From NCBI GenBank assembly GCA_964016885.1, contig OZ024741.1, positions 375,906,001 to 375,970,000 on the forward strand: DNA of 64,000 bases. The letters are read 5' to 3'. The notes below the pieces were generated by a model. That model searched no databases. It had not been told where the DNA came from and saw only the letters and a list, made by a program, of their open reading frames with translations. This document shows, one piece after another, positions 1 through 13,046 of the stretch (its first letter is position 1; each line of letters begins with the position of its first letter). Made by a program: the position numbers and the translations under genes. This stretch comes from Eledone cirrhosa (lineage: Eukaryota).

Positions 1-857
1 GAATGAACATATAGTAACTGGTCAAGACAAAAAGAAAACGAAAACAGAAAAACGAAACAAAAAAAAACATACTGAAAGAAAAAAAAAAAAAAAAGAATAA
101 CCAAAAACAAAAATGACAAAACAATGAAGTAAAAACGAAATGAATTACGATTGTGAAAACATACTGTAAACTACCTGGGTCAAGTCTGAGACATTCTCGT
201 TCTTGAAGAATATATATATGTCTGTTTACATTAGCTATTATGCCACGCTGGAGAATCGATTCGTAAGACAAATCATACTCGACGTCGCTTTTGTAATCTA
301 ACATTGCAATTTATGAGTGCAAGGAGAACTCCAAGCAAAGTATAACGTTCATGTACATATATACACACACAACCAAGTACATACATACCATGCAAATACA
401 CTTATACATACCAAACGCATCTATCTATCTATCTATTTGTATGGATATAAGTGCGTGTGTATCAAGTTATTTCTCCCCCTTCTCTCTCGCCCCATATACA
501 ACATATAATTCATATATATATATATATATATATGAATATATATGCTTACACACACACACACACACGCGCACACAGACACACACAAACACACATATATGTA
601 TGCATATATATACACACATATGAACATAGACACGAAACACAGAAAGAATAGGTATATGCCCACCGTTCCTTCACCGGATGTTTTGATAATCAACTTAGGT
701 CTCTCTTCAAACTGGAAAATGATTTTTTTTTCTGTTTTTGAAAATGATTCACTAACATTGTATCTTGGCAAAAACCAGCCTTCGTGTTTCCCCACATTGC
801 ATACATACATGCATACACACACACACACACGCACACACATATATATATATATGTAAT

Positions 858-896
<39 letters not shown>

Positions 897-974
897 AATT
901 ACACAGACATACACACAATCACACACCACACACATACATATATATATATATGCATGTATGTAAGTATGTGTGTA

Positions 975-1012
<38 letters not shown>

Positions 1013-1167
1013 TGCTTGCGTTAGTGGATGTATATCTCTAAGAATATTCAGTGTTCTTTAACCAAATGCTATTCATTGAGAGAATTGGCTGGGAGCCAAT
1101 AGGAAATGTTTTGTTTGCGTCTGAAGAGTGAATGCAATACTCACTACACACACATACACACATAGAT

Positions 1168-1243
<76 letters not shown>

Positions 1244-1597
1244 TTGTGTGTGCGTATAATTCTATAATTCTATATATCTATATATATGCATATGCATATA
1301 TATACATATATATAAAGAGAGTGTGTGTGTGTGTGGTGGTGGTGGTGTGGTGGGGGGGGGGCAGAGTGAGAAACAGACAGAGAAAGAAAGAGAGAGGGAG
1401 AGTGAGAAATAGAGAGTAAGAGAGAGAAGGGAGGGGGGGGGGGGCGTGAGGGAGAGAGAGTGAAAGATGAGTAGATAGAACGATAAGAAAATTTTGTGTA
1501 TCCAAAATACCAAATTGACTAAATAATAATCTATAGTTTATTATCAACCTTGTTAATTTTTTTTTGTTAAAACTTTTTTGGCACCCTGCTGTAGACG

Positions 1598-1678
1598 TAT
1601 GTATGTATGTATGTATGTATGTATGTATGTATGTATGTATGTATGTATGTATGTATGTATGTATGTATTATTATTATT
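1598..1678. repeat. (TATG)n followed by short (TTA)n at the left border of the LINE array
   Basis: Direct reading of the tandem repeat. Confidence 0.95.
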
Positions 1679-1893
1679 GAAGGTGAAGCCACGCTTCTTA
1701 TCGCCTCCAGTCTTTTTCAACAGTTTACCTCGTTTTCAACCGTTCTAAACCTTTTATTCAAGTTTCAAACTTGATAAAAGTTTAGAAGAAGTGACCCACC
1801 TAATACAGGGGTTCACTCGTAAATAATACGGCACCACTTTATGGCGTGTCGTATTGTGTAAAAATATTATTTGCAAAAAAAATTTCTTTCAAC

Positions 1894-3983
1894 ATGGATA
1901 ACACAAGAAAGAGAGAGAGCGCTGTCAGACAACACAGAGAGAGAGGGAGACTTTGTCAACATATCAACAAGACAGCGTTCCAGCGAAGGTAAATTTAAAA
2001 GAAAATATTACGAAGGAAAAGAGAAACGATAGCATTTTTAATGATATTGTTACAGATTTAAAATTACCAAATATTTCTAACACAAACAACACCAACAATA
2101 ACACCAACAACAACACCATCAATAACAACAGCAACAACAAAAATAACAACAGTAAGGTCGAGAATGACAATAACAATGACAATAACAACAGCCACAACAG
2201 CAATAATAGTAGGAACAGTATCAACAAAAACAACAATAATAACAACAGCAACAGTATCAACGAAAACAACAACAACAGCAACAACAGTACCAACGAAAAC
2301 ATCAACAATGACATCGATACCTGTAACAGCGATCTCAGCACCACCAGCAGGACCAGTAGCGGCAGCAATAGTCGTGCTGCTGAAAAAGGGACCACTTCTT
2401 TTGCAGGTGTCGCCCTAAATATCGAAACAGTGTTAGTCACAGACGAGGAGATGGCAGTCGCAAGAACCATGGTGACAAGAAACGCCAATAGAGTTTCCTT
2501 GAAACCTCTACCCGATTTTTTCAAGGACCAGCAGCTACGGGCGGTAACGTACCGCACCGTAAGCTAAATGTCAAATAGGGTGGCGAGAGCCACGGAGGCT
2601 CAAATCCAAAAGGTCTTGGGGTGCGTCTGGGCACACAAAACCCACATCACCCGAGGCAGAAAGTATGCCACAGTAGACGTACTTTTAGCCACCCCCCAAG
2701 AAGCGAAGTCTCACTATTTGGAAACCCTGAGGAGTGAGGAGATAGTCTTGGTGCCCTCCTACTGCGGGCAGAAAATTGTGAGGGTCAAAGTGACCCAGGT
2801 CCCACCCAACGTGCCCATTCCTTGGCTGGCCGCGTCTGTCCTTGCTGGAATCTAGGACAGGACAACCATGCTGCAAGTAGAGAAAATAGAGAGAGAGAGA
2901 GAGAGAGAGAGAACTGGTCAGGTATAGGCATGCAAATGCTTATACAAACTGACCAGGAATGTATCGACACTATCCCCGATATCATAGACATCGAAGAAGG
3001 ACTCCAACTCCCTATAAGCGTAGAAGGAAGACGGCCAAAATGTTATCTCTGTGGGTCAAAGGCCCTTTGACCCACTGAGGTGACCCTTTGACAAAGGGTC
3101 ACCTCAGGGCCTTTTGCCCGCAGAAGACAGCAAAGAAGAAGGCCCCTCTCCTTCCAATACCTGGTCCGCTGCTACCAAGAGCAGGTCAGGCAACAAACGC
3201 AGGAGCTCCTTCCACGGTGAGTAGGAGGGCAACGTCCGTGGCATCCGTACCAAGGCCACGGACAACTAAAGCAGCAGCATCAGTGGCGGCAACACCAGTA
3301 GCTACATTTGCAGTAGCTGCACCAGCAACAAAATTGCCGGAGAGGGCTCCACTACCACCACCAACAGCAGTGGAGCTCATACCCCTCCCAGACGCCACGG
3401 AATCTGACATGGAGTATGAGGCGGGAGGGTGTGGAAAACGGTCTGCCACAGAAACAAAAGAGGAAAAACCCCTTAGCTTAACAAAAGTGAAGGCAGACAA
3501 CGAGGGGTAAAGGTTGCAAGGAGACTTGCAGCAACACCACCAGCATCAACATCACCACCACAAGCATCACCACCAACAACAACCACACCACCACCAACAT
3601 CACCAAAAACACCAACAACGCAAACAAAACAAAACACACACCCAACAGCAACAAGAAGAAAACAGCAACAAAATCACTCTTCCACCCAAAAGGTACACAG
3701 CCATAAACATGACAAATAAAGAACTCATACAATATATAAAGCAGCACACAGACATCACAGAAAAAACTACTACACCCCACCAAGAACTCTCCCGACAAAT
3801 ATAAGCATCATTGATATCAAAATAGAACAGTACAAACTTTTAAAATAAAAATTCCCCAACGCAGTTGGACACTTCAGAGGGTCGGTTACCAAGAGGATAT
3901 ACACTGACATCCTCTTGGAAACCCCCATGACCAGTCAAAGGGACGGTTCTACTGTCCCTTCACTACACGATCAAGGTAAGTGA
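1894..3983 (+). pseudogene. Tx1 ORF1 (Asn-rich N-terminus, CCHC zinc knuckle), broken by stops and frameshifts
   Basis: ORF pieces 1953-2567, 2568-2855, 2822-3070 and 3088-3510 are colinear with 18908-20152; CYLCGSK/GHLRAFC knuckle. Confidence 0.85.
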
Positions 3984-4015
3984 TCCTTTCTCACTTGCCC
4001 CGTTTCTCATCCAAC

Positions 4016-5853
4016 ATGGCCGTACTTAGAATAGGCAGTATTAATGCACGTGGCCTGGGGTGATCTTGGAAGCAGGGTCACCTGCTCAACGACCACAGGT
4101 CACTAAACATAGATGTGGTGGCCATCAGCGAGACCAGAATCTCCGAAGCACGAGCCTTCGCACCGATCTTCGACGGCTACGATGTATACGCATCTCCCAG
4201 CCGTCCAGGATCGGGGGAGGGGTAGCCGTCCTTTTTCGGAGAGGCTTGGATCTCGCCATACGGGCCATCTTCCTGGGCCCAGAAGGTAAGTCTGTGGCGC
4301 TGGACATGACCGGCAGCGAAGGCAATGCTTTCAGGCTAGTAGCCGTCTACGCCCCAACTGGGGCAGGACAGCCAGATTTCTTCAGACGTCTAGAGACCTT
4401 TCTTGGAACGTCCCGCTTAGTGGGCGACTGGAACGGTAACTTGGATGCACACTGGGATTGTGTGGGGCTAGTGGATATGGTAGGAGGGTGCAAGAGCCCC
4501 ACCAACCTGCTCAGACGTTTTGAACTGTCTGACAGGTATCGACTGGATCACCCGAATGTGCCAATGTGGAGATGGACAAACCGCATCGGGTCATCCAGAT
4601 CGTATTCTGCAGAGAACTAGATAAATTAAAAATAGTCGACTACACAGACCACAAATTTGTGATCTGTGAGATTGACATAGACAGACTTCATAGACAAGGA
4701 CCTGGTTACTGGAAGCTGAAGCGTCTTTCCCGGCGCGCAAAGCCTACATAGACAGTATTAGCGTATTAGTTAAGCGGGCTTTGACGGGAGCGGTCGTCAA
4801 CAACAAGTGGTGGTTTGCCCTGAAAAGGGCAACTAAAGTAGAGTCGATTAGGTTTAGCAAAGAGTAGCGAAAGAGGAAAATAGAGTAGAGGGAGAGCTAG
4901 TCAGAAAGCTAGAAGAGGCGTTTAGGACAGGTATCGCAACCGCCGTGCTTGCGGCGATATTGGCACTCGACCAATTCTTCAACGCAAAACACGAAGACTG
5001 CGTTGTCAGAGCTAGAGCGCCTGCTCTGAAACACGAGGGGACGAAAGCCGTCCAATGGGCCCGGGTGGCAGAGGTGCGACGTGGCAACAAAGCCATAATT
5101 CGGTCTTTGTCTGACCAAAATGGGTGCGTGTTGCTCGAACCCGAGCAGATGTGTGAGGCTTTTCAGCAGCACTTTGCTGAACTGTTCGGGAGCAGCTGGG
5201 CACCAGTATCGGTGGAACATCCACCTCGGCATTCTATAGAGGACTAGTGGAGAGGAAGAGCGACGACGTTCTCGGAGAGAACCTGGGCGTCGAAGAAGAT
5301 CAGCTGTTTTCTCTCTTCCGGAGAACTTTCAGCCCAGGGTCTATGGATAACTTCCAAAAATCCCTGGCCTGGCAGTGCTACCGAGGAGCGTTGCCGGTTC
5401 GAGATAAGCTCTACAGGCACGGAAGTGCCGTCAGCTAAGCCGAGGTGCGCGCAGAGCGACGAAACCGTCGTGCACGCACTCGTTCAGTGTCCGAGCATTG
5501 CTGACTTGTGGAGCTATGTCGAACAGTTGCTGTCGCGTGTAGGACTGATCCGGTTATCGACTGAGTCCATTGTGCAGATGGTCTCGCCGTCTTCCTTCGA
5601 GGAGTAAGGGCAGGCGGTTTTCATCTGCCTGGTGGCCATGGCGAAAGAGATTGTGTGGTGGACAAGGTTGAAAGGGTTAAAGACAGATACTTTCCTCTTC
5701 GGCGAATCCCTAGTTAACTTTTTCAAGTTTCACTTGAAGAGGAAAATCAGGGTGAAGAGTCAAGTGCTACCTTCTAGCAAGTTTGTTGAAAGGTGGGTGA
5801 ATGTAGCGAGAATGGTCCGAATGAACGGGACCGCTCTGAATATGCGCCTGTAG
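4016..5853 (+). pseudogene. Tx1 ORF2 remnant: APE endonuclease plus C-terminal zinc finger, no RT
   Basis: VYAP, GDWN, YTDH, GPGYWKL motifs; PRC..DETVVHALVQCP; homologous to 15005-18420. Confidence 0.88.
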
Positions 5854-6151
5854 TTTGAGAAATGGAAAAATTGAGAGAGGGCGCTTGCCCTGGTGGTAAG
5901 GGTGGCCGTGCTCTTTGTGTGGTTTTCGCCACGAGTAACCCTCGGAGGTTTCCCCCCTATTGGGGAATTTTTCATTGTTTAAATTTTCATTTTTATAGTT
6001 TATATATATATATATGTTTCTATGTCTTTTTCTTTTTCTTTTCTTATATAAATAATAAAAATCTTTACACGAACAAAACCCACATCCTACCGTCCTGTGC
6101 CGTCTGTAATGTTTTTCTTGATGTCAATCCTTGTGGCCAATAAAGAAATCA

Positions 6152-7535
6152 TCACCCAAAAATGGGCTGGGAGGAAGCTATCACTGAAAGGTCGCGCGAG
6201 GTGGCGAATGCGTACATCGCGTCCGTCATCTACTACCGCCTGACCGTCGTGCCTTGCCCCCGACCGCGCCTCGTCAAGTTGGAACGGCTCCTCTTCAAAT
6301 TCTTGTGGAGGAGAGAAGTTCCGTTGGTGAGGCGGTCCATCTGCTGCCAGCACCCTCTACGCGGAGGGCTGGGCATGCCATGGCTAATGATGCGCAGACA
6401 TGCGTTGAGGCTGCGACATCTGCAGATATTCTGCCTAAACGGTGAACAGATGTAGTCGCCGTTTATCAGACGAGCCTTTCCGCAGCTCATTTCTTTGACT
6501 GAGCTGCAGTCCTGGGTCAAGAAGAGACGGAGACTGGGTGACTGGCACCTGCAATGTTGCCAGGCACTCCCTGCCCTCTACCAAGCGGGCAATGCGATCA
6601 GTGGAACTTCCACTCTCGAGTTTTATAGAGGATTAGTGGTGGGCAAGTGCGATGACGCACTCGGAGAAGCTTTGGGCCTCGACGAAGTCGAACTGACTAG
6701 TCTGTACCGGAGGACTTTCGAGCCGGGGACGATGGACAATTTCCAAAAATCCCTCGCTTGGCGGTGCTACCGGGGGAGCACTGCCGGTTCGGGATAAATT
6801 CTACAGGCACGGAAGTGCTGTCAGACGAGCCTGCCCAAGATGCGCACAGAACGACGAAACCGTTCTGCACGCACTTGTCCAATGTCCGTGCATTACTGAC
6901 TTGTGGAGTTATGTCGAACAGCTACTGTCGCGTGTGGAACGAATCCGTCTATCGGCCGAGTCCATAGTGAAGATCGACCCGCCGCCTTCCTTAGGTCAGG
7001 AAGAGCAGGGAATTTTCCTCTGTCTGGTGGCAGTTGCGAAAGAGGTTATATGGTGGACCAGATTAAAGGGACTGAAGAGAGACACTTTTCTCTTCGGCCA
7101 ATCCCTTATCAACTTCTTCAAGTTTCACCTGGAAAAGAAGGTGAGGGCGGAGAGATAAGTGCTGCACCCCAGTACATTTGCTAAAAGGTGGATGAGTGTG
7201 GCGAGAATGGCTCGTGTGAATGGGTCTACTCTGACCATGCGCCTATAGGCTAGCTAACGTGAGGAGAGGGGGTGCTCTCCCTGGGTGCCCTAGAAGCGCA
7301 GGGTGGTTCAGGATTAGTGGGGTACGCGAGTCACCCCAGGGTCGTCCACCTCCTATCGGGGAATTTATTTTGTTATATTTATGTATAGTTTATATTTATG
7401 TATATATTTTTATATCTTCATTGTTAAATTAGTCTTGCCATTGTGCACTTTTACTCGACCTTATTGTAAACCCCCACTGTCCCAGTCTTTGTATTGTCCC
7501 CTACATGTCGGCCCTTCTGGCTAATAAATGAAATC
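6152..7535 (+). mobile_element. 5'-truncated Tx1 LINE copy E2 (divergent subfamily)
   Basis: Homologous to 17330-18420 (VANAYIASVIYYRL, RGGLGMPWL); ends AATAAATGAAATC then (ATT)n. Confidence 0.9.
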
Positions 7536-7553
7536 ATTATTATTATTATTATT

Positions 7554-7711
7554 TATTGTTTATATATATGTTTCTATGTCTTTTTTTCCCCTTTTTATAT
7601 AAATAATAAAAATCTTTACACGCATAAAACCCACATCGTACCGTCCTGTACCGTCCTGTGGCGTCTGTAATGTTTTTCTTGATGCCAGCCCTTGTGGCCA
7701 ATAAAGAAATC
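7554..7711 (+). mobile_element. Very short Tx1 3'-UTR copy E3
   Basis: Near-identical to E1 3' UTR (~5998-6150); ends AATAAAGAAATC(ATT)n. Confidence 0.85.
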
Positions 7712-7728
7712 ATTATTATTATTATTAT

Positions 7729-10700
7729 AGTTGCATTTATCTTGCTTTATGTTCATACGAGTTATCACGAGGTCACAACCAGTGACCTCAAGAGACAATA
7801 AGGTCCGCCATGTTCAAGAAAGAACATACATACATACACATGCATCTTTAGGTGTTTAGACTTGTGATGTACTTATATTGACAGAATCTTCCTTAGTATA
7901 TGGGCAGTTCCCATTAGTACTATCTTTTGTATTTCTCCTATATGCGGGTTTCCTGCGATTTGCGATAAGTAATCATTAGACACCTGAGGTACAACCACTG
8001 GTATTGTTTTAGTTCTCAATTTCCACATTTTTCCAATTTCTATCTCCAGGTCCTTATACTTGCTCAATTTTTCAAATGTTTTTATAGATACATTCTTGTC
8101 TATTAAAACGGACATATCAATTAGCAGGCATACCCTCTTTTTAAAGTCCTTCAGTATTATATCAGGTCTATGTGCATCTAGTTTTCGGTCTGTTTGGATG
8201 CTAAAGTTCCACAAGATTGAGATGTGATCTTTTTCAAGTATAAGAGGTGGTTGATGCTCCCACCAATTCTTTTGATGGGGCAGGTCAAAATGCTTACACA
8301 TTATCCAATGTATGTATTGTGCAGCTCTGTCATGCCTGTTTAGGTATTCGGTTGGAGCTATAGGACTGCACATTGAAATTATATGATCAATGGTCTCTGG
8401 TTGTTTTTTACATACACGGCATAATGGGTTGCATCCATTTTTTATTATGTTGGCTTGGTAATTTTTTGTTGGCAGACACTGATCTTGTGCTGATATAATC
8501 AGTCCTTCAATCTCCGATTTCAGTCCACAGGATGCCAGCCACTGATGGGTTAAAGTTTTGTCAACATCAGGATTATTAGCTCTTTCTGGGTATTTTCCAT
8601 ACAGAGGCTTTTCTTGCCATTTCTTAGCCAGCTTCTGTAGCAGTTCTTTCTTTGCAGTTACTTTTACCTGCTTTGCTTTTTCTGTGTTTTCCATTTCAGC
8701 AGTAAATGGGACTTCTGAAATTTGTAGTCCATTACTGTATCGTTGTGCATCTTTTGTAATGGAGTATGATCTTTTGATGCTTTCGTGTTTCAAAACGAGT
8801 TTGATCATCCAATCATGTGATTCCCTTAGATATGTAGATAATCCAATCGTTGCAGTTTTCAACGCAATATCTAACTGGGAGATATCTCCTAGGGAGATAT
8901 ATTCTATCTGTATCTGCCTTAGGGTGATGCATTCTGTACATGGTTAAGAATTTTCTAATTTTTGTATCGAGCCTACGGATCTCTGTGCTTGACCAGTTGA
9001 TGACATTGTAACTGTAGGTTACTACTGGTATGGCAAGCGTGTTTATGGCATCGATCCTATTCCTTGCATACAATTCCGTTCTTAAGATTGCTCTTACTCT
9101 GCTGTAAGATTCCTTCCTTATCCTTTCCCTCATTGTCGAGTGCTTGATTCCGTCTCCTTCACAAACACCTAGATATTTGTAAGTTTCCTCTTGATCAAAT
9201 TCTCTTATCACATTCCCCCGATAAAGATTAATGTCTAAACTTTTCAGCAGCTTTCCTCTTAGGCGCATTTATCTAGTCCAAACTCAATTTTAATGTCATC
9301 ACTGAACTGCTCCACAGTGGATAATAGCCCTTGCAATTGTTCATCATTTTTTGCAAATAGTTTCAGGTCATTAATGTAGAACAAGTGATTAATGGTTTTG
9401 TCATAGACTTTATATCCATGTTTTGTTTCATTGAGCATTTTACTTAGTGGTATAAGTGCGATGCAGAATAAAAGCGCTGATAAAGAGTCACCCTGAAACA
9501 TTCCACAATTAATATTAACTTCTCCAGCTTCCAGTGATTGTTTTTCACTATTCAAAAGGAGTGTCGTTTTCCATGTCTTCATACTGAATGACAGGAACCT
9601 CCTGACAACGGGAGATATTTTGAAAATCTCTAAACATTTTTCAATCCAACTGTGTGGCAAACTATCGAATGCTTTTTTATAATCTATCCAAGCAATTGAT
9701 AGATTTTTGTGTCTATTATGACAATCTTCCAGTATCATGTTGTTAACCAAAAGCTGATCCTTACAGCCATATGAGCCTCGTTTACACCCTTTCTGCTCAT
9801 TGGGAAATAGATCATTTGTTATCAGGTGGTCATATGTATATTCAGTTAGGACTGATGTTAACATTTTATAAATTGTGGTCAAGCAAGTTATCGGTCTGTA
9901 ATTTTTGGGATTGTTTGTCTCATCATTCTTCGGAAGCAGGAATGTAATGCCGTTAACTAGCCATGATGGTATATTTTCTGGCTCATTAACTATTTCATTG
10001 TAAAGTTGGGCTAACAGCTCATGAGACTCTGTGAAGGCATTTATCCAAAAATTTGATATTTTGTCTTTTCCTGGGGATTTCCATTTGCTGGTTTTTCTGA
10101 GAGCCAAACGCAACTCTTCAACTGGTATATTTTCCCATATTTGTTCCTCAAGGTGAGCTGTATCTTTCATTTGTCTGTCTATCCATGGGGCATGTATATT
10201 ATGAACTTTTTCTTCGGCCAGAATTTTTGCACTTCCTCCTTGGGTGGTATTGATTTAGCAGTTATTGTTGACTTGCCAATTTTTCTGTAGAAGTTTCTTT
10301 GGTTGTTTTTGAACATATTATTGTCCTTATAGAATCTAGATCGTTTTTCAAAGGGCCTTATACGAGCAGCTTTGGCCGACACTTTTTGCTTGTCTTTCAT
10401 CATGTCTATGTCACATGTTGATTTTATACTGTACTTTTTTTTCAATTTTCTAAGTTTAGTTTGTTTAACATGTTCACCTACTTTATAGTTTGTTAAAATT
10501 TCTATGTCAGATCGGAGAAGGTTTATTTGGCGATTGATGTTCTCTTGCCAAGTAGATTTCTTGTGGGAATTCCTTTGTTTTTTCATTTTCACTCCACATA
10601 AGAGAGTGGTGATTTTAGCCGATGCATAATATAGATGATTTAAATCAGTAATGTTTAGTTTGTTTGTGATGATAATGTTTTTGAGAATTATGTTAGTCTT

Positions 10701-11622
10701 GTGTATTATCTTTTGGTTCTGTTTGGAGTTCTGGATATTAGGGAGAGTGTCTCGTTCCCCCATGTCAGATTCTTTCCTTTGCATCCATTCGATCATAATT
10801 TTATCCTTCAAGTCGGCAAATTCATTCTCATTCATTTCTTTATCATTTACGACCTCATTGTTTTCATTTTGAGTTTCATCTTGAGCATGCACTCCCTCCA
10901 CTTTTTCGATCCTTTCTTTAATTTGTTCTGTTGTCAGTGATTCCGCACCAACCGTGGGATTCGAAGTGTTACAATTTACCTCGTTTTCACTGACACATGT
11001 TTCATTTTACCTTCGCTGACTTTGTGCTAAAAGCTTGATCTGATCAATTTCTATATCAGTTAGTAACTTTTTTTTAACAATATTTCTTCGTATATTGGCT
11101 AGTTTGTTACTGTCAATATAGCCTCTGTTTTCGGGATGTTTCTTTTTCCAGTTGATATATGTCTGTTCTGTATTCGATCTATTTGATGGGTAGTACATGG
11201 CAGTGTAGAAAGCCTCAAGGACCTTTTTATTGTCTTCCCTTGACCATTTTTCTCTCTTTTTCTTTGGATTTTTTGGTGGTGAAGATGGAGGGCCAACAGT
11301 AGGAGTATTCCGGTTATTGAAAGTCTCCAGCTCCGAAGTGATGGGAAGGTTTGAACCATTAGCTGATTTTTCGACCCCAGCCTGGTTCCTCTCTGAGGGA
11401 CGCGGTCCTTTTTTACCCGGGTGACGGCCGATCCGGTATGAGATTTTATCATTAGACATTTACTTTATTTTGTCGCGTTTTATCCTTATCCGCCAAGGGG
11501 TAATCATTTCGTGTTACCACTTCTAGAACGAGTGTCAACCAAGACTAGAGAGGTCGTTCTCCCCTAGAGACACGGCTATTCCCCGCCGGCCGCCATCCCG
11601 GTATTTCTTTTTTGTTGTTTTT
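7729..11622 (-). mobile_element. R4/Dong-clade non-LTR retrotransposon (RLE type), near full length, frameshifted
   Basis: N-terminal KWSRED..LANIRRNI motif; RT (NYRPITCL, IDYKKAFDS, FQGDSLS, YINDLKL); CCHC; RHD..RPD..LID..K..KY endonuclease; (TAA)n on both flanks. Confidence 0.9.
7873..11459 (-). pseudogene. R4/Dong single ORF (RT + RLE), fragmented
   Basis: ORF pieces 11007-11459, 10179-10901, 9259-10170, 8813-9268 and 7873-8862 lie in canonical domain order. Confidence 0.88.
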
Positions 11623-11699
11623 TAAATTATTATTATCATGAGTGGTTCCTTAATGTGAGCATTGCATGACTTAAGAATGAAATCATTATTAATAATATA

Positions 11700-12640
11700 A
11701 TATACCTTTTGCTGAAGTTGTCTGTTATTGTTGTTGGCTATGTCGGTGGTGGTGCTGGGGCTTTTTCTATTGTTGGTGGGGAAGGGGGGACCCAGCAGTG
11801 CCACAGGCGTTGACGTTTGACCGGGTCACTAAGTCAGTCTATTTATATATTTTGCTAGCCCCTCCCTTGTCTAGTGATACCGCCACCTTCCCCTTTCTTA
11901 AGTTAACAGAAGTAGTGGGGGGAATAGTGGTGGTAGCAATGAAGGAGTGGTGGCGGCGGTGATGGGATAGTGGTAGCAATGATGGAGTGGTGGCGGCAGT
12001 GACTATAGTGATGGGATAGTGGTAGCAATGATAGTGATGGGATAGTGGTCGCAATGATGGAGTGGTGGCGGCGGTGACTATAGTGATGGCGTTGTCGTTA
12101 CTGAGTTTTGTTGAATAGACTATAGCTAGTATGCGTTTGTTTGATCTGTGTATCTATGTGGTTTGTCGCGTATGTTTAATGTTGACATATTTCCTTAATA
12201 TTTGAATTAAACATTTTGAGAAAACTTGAGTTACAATAATATTAATTATTATTATTATGCTGGGATTGGTGGTGGTGGTGGTGAAATTGCCGTTATCTGG
12301 CTGTTGTATTTAGTGTATACAGAGGGGTGATGGGATAGGTGGTGTATCTAATTTGTGGTGTTGGTGAAATTGCTGTTATTTGGCTGTTCTATATAGTGTA
12401 GACAGAGGGAGTTTTCTTCCATTTATAACCATTTTATTTTTTGAATATAAAATTTATAATACAAAATTGAATATTTGAGCGATATAACAGGATATTATGG
12501 ATCCAAATTTTGTGAGAGTTGAGTCTGGTGCTTTATGTATCATTTGTACTAAGAATTGTTATATCACAATTGTTTTAAATGTTAAAAATCAAAAACTTAC
12601 GGGAGAGATTTCATACCATTCTATCCACCACGTGCGCCTA
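11700..12640 (-). mobile_element. Possible 5' remnant of another LINE abutting the (GAA)n tract, with ~50-bp internal tandem repeats
   Basis: Minus strand begins TAGGCGCACGTGG right after (GAA)n, then AT-rich and CA-rich tracts resembling the Tx1 5' UTR/ORF1 layout; no diagnostic protein motif. Confidence 0.3.
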
Positions 12641-12641
12641 T

Positions 12642-12778
12642 TTCTTCTTCTTCTTCTTCTTCTTCTTCTTCTTCTTCTTCTTCTTCTTCTTCTTCTTCTT
12701 CTTCTTCTTCTTCTTCTTCTTCTTCTTCTTCTTCTTCTTCTTCTTCTTCTTCTTCTTCTTCTTCTTCTTCTTCTTCTT

Positions 12779-12809
<31 letters not shown>

Positions 12810-12832
12810 TTATTATTATTATTATTATTATT
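12642..12832. repeat. Compound (TTC)n(TTA)n microsatellite
   Basis: Direct reading. Confidence 0.97.
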
Positions 12833-13046
12833 GGCGACCTACGTAGTAAATCGTATCATCGTGAGCTCTGCAAAGGTTTGTTGTTTTCAGTTGTTTAAAA
12901 TTGCCATTTATGGAAAATTTTTATTGTTAACTGTATATAAGTGCACATACATTGTTTTCTGAAAAGGACATTCAAAAGGATTGGGGCCTTGAGCCCAAAA
13001 TTTAAACTTTTATAATTATAAAAAAAAAAAAATTCTTTGAAAAATC

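Larger units (their letters stand above)
1679..6152 (+). mobile_element. L1/Tx1-clade LINE copy E1, degenerate, RT domain deleted
   Basis: Starts after (TTA)n. Has ORF1, APE endonuclease remnants and the ORF2 C-terminus, and ends AATAAAGAAATC. Jumps at ~5207 from the EN-RT linker to the post-RT region. Confidence 0.9.

Noticed and set aside
640-800. Unique island open on both strands, possible exon
   Set aside because: No recognisable domain or clear splice sites.
317-1547. Many short ORFs rich in YI/HT/CV repeats (also throughout 24-64 kb)
   Set aside because: Translations of (TA)n, (CA)n and (GA)n microsatellites.
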